Positions 44,842 to 57,464 of a stretch of DNA of 64,000 nt are shown here, one piece after another. The stretch spans positions 29,822,001 through 29,886,000 of the forward strand of contig NC_083290.1 of assembly GCF_963506605.1 (NCBI RefSeq), given 5' to 3'. Position 1 is the first letter of the stretch. Every line of letters begins with the position of its first letter. Under the pieces are notes generated by a model, which saw only the letters and a list, made by a program, of their open reading frames with translations, made no database searches and had not been told where the DNA came from. This stretch comes from Zootoca vivipara (taxonomy: Eukaryota). A program made the translations under genes and the position numbers.

Positions 44842-44975
44842 CGCGCTTCCGTCTGACGTCACGCCACCCCCGCCCAGCTCCCTGCCTGAGCATCTCTTCC
44901 GGTGCTGCCCCGGAAGGGACCCTCGGCTACGGGGTTTCCCGGCCTGCCCACGCCGGCGCCTTCCTTTCTGGCCGG
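44842..44975. promoter_or_regulatory. Compact bidirectional promoter TRAPPC4/RPS25 with RPS25 TCT/5'TOP start
   Basis: The two ATGs are only ~180 bp apart. Palindromic CRE TGACGTCA 44854-44861, ETS CTTCCGG/CCGGAAG, and pyrimidine tract CTTCCTTTCT 44960-44969 typical of ribosomal-protein gene starts. Confidence 0.8.
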
Positions 44976-45021
44976 AAATCGCTGAGGGAGAAGCAGCGAC
45001 GGTAGCCGCTCCGACTGCACC

Positions 45022-46924
<1,903 letters not shown>

Positions 46925-47949
46925 AAGGTGAGCTGCTTCTCAGTGCTGGCAGTATGGCTTGGTGAAATTCTATCATGGCAGTTGTTTAACAGGCAAATGG
47001 TTCTAATTAATTATCTGTTTGTTTTGCAGGTTCTTGGGAGGTTTTTAGACTCTGTAAATCACAAAAATAAAATAATTTGAACTCCTGAAGTTTTGTTTGG
47101 TTTTCTGCTCAGTTGAGTTAAGTACAGCTTTGTTTCTAATAGTCAGGGACCATAGGCAATCAGTCGTTGAAAAGCCTTTACTCACTTTCATACCAGGCTG
47201 GCCTGCAAATGCATGGCTATGTACTTTAAAAATTATGCCCCAGGCCCATAACATAAAACATGCAGATACTGCCACCCAGTCTTTGTTCTTACTGTGCCAA
47301 TGAGGCAATTGTGGGAGCTACTTATAAACAGGCTTCTGGTCTTCTTATAACGGCATAGATTATTAGACCCTAGTGGAGGGATATAGGACTCCCAGCTGTC
47401 CTGATTTAAAGGCCTTGGTGTAGGAGGGTTCTGATGGTGGTGCTTAACCACCCACTCAAGCAGCCAGGACATTGTGCGGTGTAGGGGGTGTTCAGTCCAG
47501 CAAGGTGTCAAGGAGTTGAGAGCTGTTGAAGTGAACCCTCTGCTTGTAGGAAATGGGAGACCTGGCATTGGAGCAGGCCTGCATTACACCATATTCCTAC
47601 TAGATACTGTGCAAATAGAATGTGAAATGGTTAGCCCTTTGGTGTAAATGTGGAATGTTGCACAAAGTGAGCTAGTGCCTTTTAATTTTTAAAAATATAT
47701 AGGAGAAAATTAAGCCCTTAGAACGGCCAGGGATAATACGGTAATATGTTCCCAACTTTTACAATAACTGCCTTAGAGGGGGCTCTCTGTTTAAGATAGA
47801 TGAGTTGAGATGAGTGAAATTTTAAAACACATTTTATATTTTAATGATACTTTACTACAGAACAACCACATGATACTTGCTGACATTCAAAAATAAAAGT
47901 CTTCTCAGGCTGCACAACCTTCTGTAACTGAATCAGGCCTTTCTTCCCT

Positions 47950-50900
47950 TCAGTCAGTTTTTTGCCGTTTCCTTTTAGGGCCAGGATGTTTATGTGCTTC
48001 AGATTTGAACTGATGTCTAGAAAAAGTATGGTTAATAAAAGAAGCTTAAAAGAATGAAACAGCCACCACATCAGTTGCAGAGCCACCCTGTTCATTCCCT
48101 TACAAATGAGTGTATTGCCAATTATCCTTTTAATTTGGGGGGGGGGCAGGGGGGAGAATAAACTCCCATACCATATATTTTTCAAAGTGTTAAATCAAAT
48201 TCACCAAAGGCCTGGATAAGCAGGTGTGTGTTGACCTGGCCTTGAAAGACAAAGTAGAGGCAATTAACATTTGCAAGGGGGGGGGGTTAATAGGATGCAG
48301 GAAAGGCTATCTGTTCAGCAAGAAGTCGTCTACCCTGATCTTAGGGCAGGTGATAAAGAGACATGTACACCATCAGGGACTTAATTGTATCAAAATTGGG
48401 CCCAGTAACATTGGTAGCCTGTGCAGATCTTGCAGAATAGGTGTTGCTGCATAGATCCAGAAAAAAAAAACAAGCTAAATTTTCTGGACCATTATTCAAA
48501 GGTAGTTCTATGGAAACAGATTATAGTAATCCACACTCCAGGTTTTCTGAGCATACAGCACTGGGCAGGCTATATTTAGAAACATCCATTGTAATAAAAG
48601 GCACTTATTGCCATTTTGTCAATTAATGAAAGTGAAGGGAACACAGGTCAGTTTAAAAAAAGAAAAGAAATTATATACCAGGACTGATAACTTCAGTAAT
48701 GAGTACTCTACTTAAAGATACAGTAAAACAAAAATTTCTGTGGCCAACCAGAAAGCGTTAGTTTTACAAAGCCAGTGTATGTTCAAAATGCTGGAGTGGA
48801 AGACTCAACTAATATGTGCTTAACGTTTGGGAACAAGTGCCTGGTAGGATTCAACCATAGATCCACCACATCTGGTTTTCTTTGTAAGAGCCAAGGTGCT
48901 AGAGAACCAGCTACAGAGCCTACCCTGTAAAAGCTGCTGTATTGTCCACCATTAAATACAGATACATTATAAAGGAAGCAAATGTGTGCCCAGAGGCTTA
49001 CCTGGACTGCCACCTCCTGCCTTGGTTCCAAACCCGCCCAAAGGAGGGGAGCCACCCTTCTCCTGTCTGAGAGGTGTGATCGAAGTTGGCACCCACACGA
49101 TTAGGTGGGAGCTTCTTCAGCTTCTGTTTCTCCTCTTTAAAGAAAGGAGGGTGGGGAAGAAATCGTTTTCAAGCCTCAATTGGAGTCCTAGTCTCACTTT
49201 GATTTCCATCAAGTGAGCTGGTGTCATAGTAAGTCCTGACTACAGGGCCAAATTTCTGCATACTCACTTTCCTTGAGAAATTCTTCGTACGAAGGTCCAA
49301 TCTGTGCTGTGCTTTCCCCTTCCTCCTCCATCAGCCAAGGGGGTTTGGCCCCTAAAGTATGGAAGGATGACAAGTTAGAGCAGCCCCATTCTTCTTACCT
49401 CTGTGTCAAATGGCAGCCTCCCCATCTCCGGGGCCATTATCTTTCCAGATAATGCAATAAGGTCTCTAATATTTTTTACCTTTCTGAACAAGGAATGAAA
49501 CCTCCGTGGCAGGGCACATACTTTACATGGAAAAGGTACAAGGTGCAAACACTGGTGTCTACAGGTAGGGCTGGGAAAGATTCTGGAACCTCAGAGAGCC
49601 ACTGTTAGTCACAATTGGGCTACATCAGGCATAGGCAACCTTGGCTCTCCAGATGTTTTGAACTACAACTCCCATGATCCCTAGCTAACAGGGCCAGTGG
49701 TCAGGGATCATGGGAGTTGTAGTTCCAAAACATCTGGAGAGCCAAGGTTGCCTATGCCTGGGCTAGATGGACAAGTAGTCTGTGTAAGGCATCTTCCTAT
49801 GTTTCTGTTAATGTGCCTATTAAGAATCTGAGTGTGTGGGCATTCTCTAGTTGCAACCACAGTTAGGATCTTTCTCATCTAAGACCAGTTTATTAAACCT
49901 CATCATAAGACAGGTCAAAACCATGTTTCAGAAAATGGAGCAATCAAATCTTTGCTAGCATACCTGTGTAAATGTTGCCATGCTCTGCTGGTTCCTGTGT
50001 TCAAAAAAGCAAAGGAAAAACCAAGGTAGAAATTATTTAGAGAGAGGTAGTATGTAAAGAGGCAAGAGTTGCATTTAATTATACAGTGCAGCTTTTAAAG
50101 GTAATGTAATTCCCAATTCCAATTCCCCATGTTCACAAATTTATTAAATTTGTATACCACCCTACATCCATAGATCTCGGTGGTTCACAACATAAAAATA
50201 CAAGATAAAAACACAAAATGCAAGATAAAAACAATAAAAACAAACCAATAAACCCCTCTCCCACAAAGACATTTAAAAGGGAATAGGATAATAATCAGCC
50301 AAAGGTCTGACTGAAGAACATTTTCAACTGTTGCCTAATGGTGTATAATGAAGGTGCCAGCCGAATCTCATATCAAGTTGGGAATGCGGCATATCCTATT
50401 ATGTGCAATAAAGGTAAGGGACCACCAGACTGTTTGCTGGTCTGCCACTGGTGTAGGAGCTCTGCCACTCAAGTCAGAAGCCATTCATGGCAGTATAAGG
50501 CACATGGAGTGGATTTTTTTTTTATTCAAGAGATTTATATTCTGCTTTCTAAAGAAAATCTTTAACCAGTTAAGACTACAATAATTTTAAAAAACTATCT
50601 CAGTATTACCCAACCATTTAACACAATAAAATCCGTACCTCCATGAGAATAAAGCATAATCATACCCTAGTTAGCTATATTCATCCAGAACCCCAAACTA
50701 AAAGGCTTTCGAGGACAAATGGGTCATTGTGAAGAGATGAAGTGGGCTCCCATCTACCTACCTGATGGCCAATAAAAGTTAAAGACTGTCCTGCTTCCTG
50801 CCACTCTGACATGGTTCTATCTGCAGATCCAGGGTGTCCTTCAAGAAATGTCACGTTTCTGCTTGGCCCAGGCTGCTCTTGTTCTTCCGTGGCAAAAGCA

Positions 50901-53473
50901 GAGTCACTACAACACAGGAGAAGTTCTCAAGTAAAGCAGAAAGTATATGGGCACATTTTGGTACCCAGGGACTGAAAAGGCCATATTACAAAGGGCAGAA
51001 AGAGGTAATTAAGGCCACTAAAGCAAACACCACTGATAACCATGACTAAACAACTCTTACCTTGGGCTTCCTGTAAAAGCACTGGCGGTGGCAGCTCCAT
51101 TGCACAGCTCTGTCTCTGCCTGTTGCTGAGTTTGATTCAGGAAAAAACACTTGTTTCAAGAGACAATAGTAAAGTCTGCTCTGTAGGACAACCTTGGAAT
51201 GAAATCACTAGTAAGGTGGAAGGAATCCAACCAATGCCCATCAAGAGATAATGGCCAAAGACATGCTCTTGCATTGGAGGGAAATGGGGGTCTGCAAATA
51301 AGCTTTGGCCACAGATGCCCTCTACCCAACACTTAAGGTGTGGACATATCAAGGAAAGGAAGGTAATTAGATGGGATATTTTAATGCTTTATTGTCAATA
51401 GAGCAAACAGTGGCCGGTAAAGGACTTTGCATTTTCAGGAGAGAAAAAAGGCACAGAAAGGGCATTCAAGAGGTGGGGGTGCCCCAGACCACAAACAACA
51501 GCTGTAAACTTTCAGCCAGGCATTTCTACACTGTAGCCTGGAAGTGCTAGCAAAGGGGGTTAGGAAAGGAAGGCCATACAAATGAAATCTAAACTGGACA
51601 TGAGAGATGAGATGTGCTGCTGGGGACATTCACCACCTTCCCTAGTGGTTGAAAGAGAAATCACATGTTTCAACTAGAGAGAAAGGCAAGGGGCACAGAA
51701 ACAGTTGTGAACATAATGGTGGATACTGCCCATGTGCATCCTGGGCACACAAACCTCTAAGGCAGCCTGCACTACTTCTTGCCGTCTCTGCTCCACCTCT
51801 CTGATGCGAGCAGCCACCTGGAATTGGGGTAGGCAGAAGACACAATGAGAACCTGAAGCAGAGGAGAAACCCAAATTCCTACCACAGAAACGCAAACACA
51901 TTATTGTCCTCACCTCTTGAATGAGCTCATCTTCTTTTTCCTCATAAGCATCCAGAGCTTTGGAGAGTGATGCCTTGAAGCTGAAACAGAATCAAAAATT
52001 ATATCAGCTTGTGGAGCAACAACGTGAACCAAGGCAGTGGCCTTTTGCTGCCTCTACCACAGAAGACAGGTGGTGCAATAAGAAAATCTAAAATGGTTTT
52101 ACAGAAAAATTATTCCAGCCTGAATGAGTGATTACTTTGGGAGCCCCAGCAGTGTAGGAGGAACAGTATCAAAGCCCTGAAACAACCAGGTATGGGCAAC
52201 ACCTAACCCTGTCCCACCATCAGGCCCTCTAATAAATTAATCTTTCTCCTTTGGCCAAGGGACTACATTTCCTCTTGGGGATAACTGTGGCCATATGCTG
52301 GCAGCATGGTGGAGATACCTGACCAGAAACTAATCAGCAGAGAGATAGAGATGATTTCTGCCAGCGATATGGACTTAGTATTTGGGGAAGGCTTTTGAAA
52401 TTAGGCCAAGGGTGTCTCTATGGCTGCAGATTGCCCACTAATGATCGTCCCCACGTGGAACAAGATGGATGAATGGTCTGACTTGGCATAAAGCAGCTTC
52501 CTTCTGCGCCAAAGAGGTGGAATAGCTAATCTAGCAAACAAAATGCCACATAAACTAACTGGCAAAGCGTCTACTCACAGCTCATAATCCTCAGAGGAAA
52601 CCAAGAAGCGTGACTTCAGGCTAGGGTCTGCTTTGTTCTCCCACCAGAATGTATAGACTGCTTTCTTATGTTCAACGCTTGAAAAGGAACAAAAGACCAA
52701 AACATCTTAAGAATGAGAAAGGCACAAACTTTTAACAGGACTGCCCAGGCTACAGTTCTTATCCATTTGTCCAGGTGGCAGTGTTAATCCCTGTGGCTCT
52801 CCAGATGTTGCTGGATTCTAACTTCCACCATCCCTGACCATTGTCTGTGCTGGCTGGGGTGGAAAGGAATTCAACAATACCTGGAGGGCCAGGAGAATGA
52901 GTGGCTTTATGGCATACATCTCCCATTTAAGATAATCTCTGCTCAAATGTAGGTGTCTATGATGAAACTTACATAGATGGCACTGGACCTCTGTTTAACT
53001 ACAGTGAGGGGGGGAAATATTTGATCCCCTGCTAAATTTGCCCGTTTGCCCTCTGATGAAGAAATGACCAGTCCATAATGTTAATGGTAGGTTTGTTGTA
53101 GCTGTGAGAGACAGAATAACAACAGGAAAAACCCCAGAAACCTAGAAGACAAAAGTCCAGTACTGTATATCTGAAGGAGCGTCTCCACCCGCATCGTTCC
53201 ACCCGGACATTGAGGTCCAGCACCAAGGGCCTTCTGGTGGTTCCCTCGCTGCGAGAAGCCAAGTTACATGGAACCAGGCAGAGGGCCTTCTCAGTAGTGG
53301 CACCTGCCCTGTGGAACGTCCTCCCACCAGATGTCAAAGAGAACAGCAACTACCAGACTTTTAGAAGACATCTGAAGGCAGCCCTGTTTAGGGAAGCTTT
53401 TAATGTTTGATGGTTTACTGTATTTTAACACTTTGTTGGAAGCCCAGCCAGATGGGCAGGGTATAAATAATAA

Positions 53474-53506
<33 letters not shown>

Positions 53507-55624
53507 ACTGTCCTTATTTAGAGGCTGTGATAAAATCTCCCATATAAGAATTTGTTAAATCATATTTTAGTAGCAGTACAAATGGAATTATTATTAAATT
53601 GGAAGAATGGAAGAATGCTGGTGATAATATGGTTTTTAGCCTTGACGGATAATCTCACACATCATAACAGTGATGTATGGAGAAACTCAAAAGGAAATCT
53701 TTGATACTGATTGGCTTATATTTATTTCATTTATTTATTCTCACGCATAGGAGTCTTGACCCTCTGTAACTCATAATGTTTATTAGTTAGGTTACCTGAC
53801 TTGAAAGGATGATGTCATTTTGGGCTTGTATCTGTAATAATGAAACTATTTTGTACCTGTTGACCAATATCATTTGTTTGTTTGCATTGATTGTTCTGTG
53901 TTTAGATTAAAATTATTATTATTATATATGGAGGGGCACAGACTCCTCACCTCTAATATAAACTATGTAACCCCTGAAGGATAATCTCAGAGGAAAACAA
54001 CAAGCAATTCTGCATGCTGTGAAAGATGCCTGTATCAGAAGCCAAGGGCAGGCATGGACACTCACAAAAAGGGATTCATTACAAGCATGGAAAAATCAAA
54101 TTTGATCCCACTCAAAGTCATATCCACATTTAGAACTATGCCAGTTTTTGACTCACTCCCAGGAGCCTAATTAGCAAGGAAGAGGTGAGCAGAGGAGTTG
54201 TTTGGGGTATGTGTATGACAACTATGAAAAATATGCTCCACTGTTTCATTAATTGGAAGAAAACTGGAATATACTTGCAAAAAGTATAAACAAGGTGACT
54301 CTGAAAACAGCCAGTTTTGCTTTGACTGCTGAAAACTGCCACCAACTTACTACCATAGCTGCCAAGTTATCCCTTTTTTAAAGGGATTTTCCATTATGCT
54401 GAATAGGCTTCCTCGCGAGAAAAGGGAAAACTTGGCAGCTATGCCTTACTACAACTCCCATGTTTCAGACTGCAAACTGGGTTACTGATACAATCCAGTA
54501 CGTATATAATTGATTGGCTATGAAAATTACTTGTGCACCTTCCGCCTTCAAAAATAACTTTGTTACGACTAGTAGGTAAAGCAAATAAAAGCAAAATGTA
54601 AATAAGAAAGCCAAACAAAGCTATTCGTATTCCAGACCCACACACCTCATGCTCCAAGAAATAGGTGGCCTGCATGAGTGGAGACTCTTCTCCAAGCTTA
54701 CCTGGCCATGTGCTGGAGAAGGCCGCCATGCAGCACGGCCAAGGACCCCTGGCTCAGGTGCAACTTCACCTCCTGCCTGCAGCAAACGCACCAGAATTGC
54801 CGCTCATGCTCCCCAGGGTCAAAAGGCACCACCGAGGCCCGCTTGAGCATCTTCCGCGCTGCGGCCACCTGAGCAAAATGTAAAAGAGAAGGAAAAGTGA
54901 GAAGAAGAAAAAACAACTTGTGTGAAGGATAGCAACTTGCATGAAGGATAGCTCAATTAGACGAGCATAAGCCTCTGAATCTCAGGATCGTGGGTTCAAG
55001 CCCCATGTTGGGCAAAACCATTCCTGCATTGCAGGGGGTTGGACATGGGTGTAGCCAGGATTTTTGTTGGGGGGGGGCAGGCAAAGTTTTTGAACTTTTG
55101 TTAGATCAGCCAAAGCTGGGGGGCGGGGGGCAGAACCTCAATTAATTTAGTACTTTCAATCACTGTTGTGCCCCCCTGGGGTTGGACTAGATGACCCTGC
55201 TGTTCCCTTCCAGCTCTATGACCCCGTGAATTCTCTCTGGAGAGCAGCTGGCGCCCTTTCGGACCGGCTGCAGAACCAGCACCCCACCCGCCCACTCCTT
55301 GCTGCTCCTTGGACAGGCCACCCGCAGCCGGGCAGGCAGAAATGCGAAGGGTGCAGCCTTGCACGAAACTCTGCCCGGCTACCTTCGGGCACTTCACCCG
55401 ACCCCCCGCGCCCATCCCTGGAGCTCCGGCCGTACTTTCTCCTTCAGGCGGGCGAGCACCCCGCGAAGCCGCCTCTGGTGCCCCGTGCTGTAGAGGTGGC
55501 TGCGCCGACCGGCGAAAGCGCTGCACCGGCAGAGCGGGCAGCGGAACAGCGTCGTCGCCATGGGAACGGCGCCAGGCCCCTCGCCCCGATCGCCATCGCC
55601 GCCGCCGCTGCCCCCGTCCTCCAT
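47950..55624 (-). CDS. CENATAC: Centrosomal AT-AC splicing factor (CCDC84), minor spliceosome component; complete CDS
   Basis: Zinc-finger segments CPLC...H...H and WCVCC...H...H, plus motifs LTFIGHQ, GNIYTGAKPPWL and RVGANFDH...[22 protein letters not shown]. Exons: 55624 (or 55561)-55436, 54868-54702, 52677-52579, 51980-51914, 51817-51755, 51125-51061, 50906-50762, 49994-49964, 49351-49268, 49134-49002, 48016-47950. Phases are consistent. Confidence 0.94.
49626..49760. mobile_element. Palindromic hAT-type MITE
   Basis: CAGGCATAGGCAACCTTGGCTCTCCAGATGTTTTG is mirrored at the other end. 8-bp TSD GGCTACAT/GGCTAGAT. Confidence 0.85.
53002..53140 (+). mobile_element. Left end (TIR region) of a Tc1-family DNA transposon
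   Basis: Begins TA|CAGTGAGGGGGGGAAATATTTGATCCCCTGCTAAATTTG...GAGAGACAGAATAACAAC, resembling from memory the ends of fish/frog Tc1 elements. Truncated next to an L2 fragment. Confidence 0.65.
53166..53506 (+). mobile_element. L2/CR1-clade LINE 3' fragment with (TTG)n tail
   Basis: Same peptide as the 2940-3338 copy ([15 protein letters not shown]...[12 protein letters not shown]). Confidence 0.8.
54354..54443. mobile_element. ~90-bp non-autonomous hAT-type element
   Basis: TIRs CATAGCTGCCAAG/CTTGGCAGCTATG, flanked by CTTACTAC repeats. Homologous to 24780-24872. Confidence 0.78.
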
Positions 55625-55930
55625 TTTGCAAATCCCGGAAGCGGGCGGCCAAGGAGGCGGGTCTCGCGGCGAGGGCGACCCCTGGCGGCCATCCCCAGAA
55701 CTGCAGGATTACGTCATTCCCACCCACGCACGGCAATCTGCTGCCGCGCGCTTCGCCCCCGCCGGCGAGGAAAAGGCATCGCGCAGCACGTTGCGGGATC
55801 CAGAGCCCCGGGAAGGTGCGCGCTGCTCCTTGGCTTTGCTCAGACGTAAGGAGCATCCAGCACGTGCTCAGAGTCAGAGGCCCTCCTCTCGTTTCTGCTC
55901 CACGTCCTGAACCCCGCGCGAGCTGAAGGA
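55625..55930 (-). promoter_or_regulatory. CpG-island promoter of CENATAC
   Basis: CpG-rich with ETS CCGGAAG (~55635) and CRE-like TTACGTCA (~55709) directly upstream of the first exon. Confidence 0.6.
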
Positions 55931-55984
55931 GGCAAATTCAGGACTCGGAGCAGGGTTCCTGCATTGCAGCGGGTTGGATTAGAT

Positions 55985-56075
55985 CAGGCATCCCCAAACT
56001 GCGGCTAAGAGGAACAGTGGTCAGGGATGAATTGTAGTCCAAAACATCTGGTGGGTCGAAGTTTGGGGATGCCTG
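55985..56075. mobile_element. hAT-type MITE (internally deleted) nested in a SINE tail
   Basis: TIRs CAGGCATCCCCAAACT/AGTTTGGGGATGCCTG with TSD GATTAGAT/GACTAGAT. Confidence 0.78.
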
Positions 56076-57464
56076 GACTAGATCACCCTTGGGTCCCTTC
56101 CAACTCTATACAATTCTGAGATTCCGATTACAGCTGCGGGAGGCACATCCCCCTGCCATCTCGTTGCTTAGCAAGCCCCCTTCTTGGCCGGAATGAAGGA
56201 GACAGCCCTGGCTTGTCCTGAGAACAGGTGTTTTATATCTTAAATCTGTTTTGAAGCCATTTATTCCGGTTTAATCTGGTGGAATAGTGATTGCGCCAAC
56301 TTTTTTATTTTTAAAATTACTTTGCACTTGCAGATAGTTCACAATTATCGTCCACACAATTATTAGAGCAGTCTTGCAGCTGTAGCTGTGCCGGAGATAC
56401 ATCAGGTGTGCAGAATAACCTGTCACTTTACACATTTTTCTGAAGAGAATAGAGGAAGTTGGAGTACTGTATGGGGTACTATATGGGGTCCATGAAGTAG
56501 CCTAGTGGGCTTGGCCTGACATTTTAGGATGATTGGGGTGGACTGTGAAGATGGATGTAGCAACTGTGCAATAAAACAGGGTGAAGGGCACCAGGGAAAG
56601 AAAGGAGCCTTTCAGTAACAGGTACGGTCCACCACTCAGGCCCACATTTCTGACATGCTTATTCACTGCAGCTGTCAGATCTGTTTATGGGTTTTGTTTT
56701 GCATACTTGGTCACCCTGCCTTGGATAAATCAGTGCAGATGCCCCTGCCTGAAGCCAGGCATTGAATTCCTCTCACCACTGTTTTCCTGTCACCGCAGTG
56801 AGCTACCTGCAATTCTAAACAGTCAGGGAAGTTGTCTGCTGCTCACCCATCGGGCTTCTCCCCCACCCCAAGACAGGTGACGCCTAAGCTGCCGTTGAGG
56901 TGGGAGGGCAAACAGAAGCTATTTTCTATAGAGGCAGGGGTGCCAACTTGAATAAAATACTGCAGGGCAGGTAAGTCGCACCCCACATAATCAATTACAT
57001 GACACAGTACCCACACACCATTTGAATGGCAATGCCCATCAACTGGGAAGGGAGCTCAAATATTTTATTGATGGGGGAAGGGACCTCGGCCCCTTTAAGT
57101 TGGCTCCTATGCAAAGAGAACACACACACACAATGACCATTTTGTGCACATTTTAACTGTTTATTACCATGCTTTTTTATCCACATTTTCAGTAACAAAT
57201 AAATATATAAATAAGTTCAAACACTCAGCTTTATGCATTCTCTTTCACAGTGCCTTTCAACAAACTATTCCCATCACAAAACACGGCACCACCTCTGCTG
57301 CAAGGGGAAAACACTGTACAGGTGTTTTGGTTTATTTTTGGAGGGGATCTACTCTCATAGGAAGCTGCCCCTCCATCTGCAAATTTGGGGTTTCTTCCAC
57401 CCCAGATAATATCTTCAGAAGGAAGCAAGCCACAAGCCTGGCTCTCTTAGCACAGCTGTTCCTT

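Noticed and set aside
53051-53075. CTGATGA...GAAA resembling a second hammerhead core
   Set aside because: No stem II between the motifs; it is part of the Tc1 terminal sequence.
55101-55926. ORFs of 205-251 aa on both strands
   Set aside because: GC-rich CENATAC promoter and exon 1; no recognisable protein apart from the CENATAC frame.
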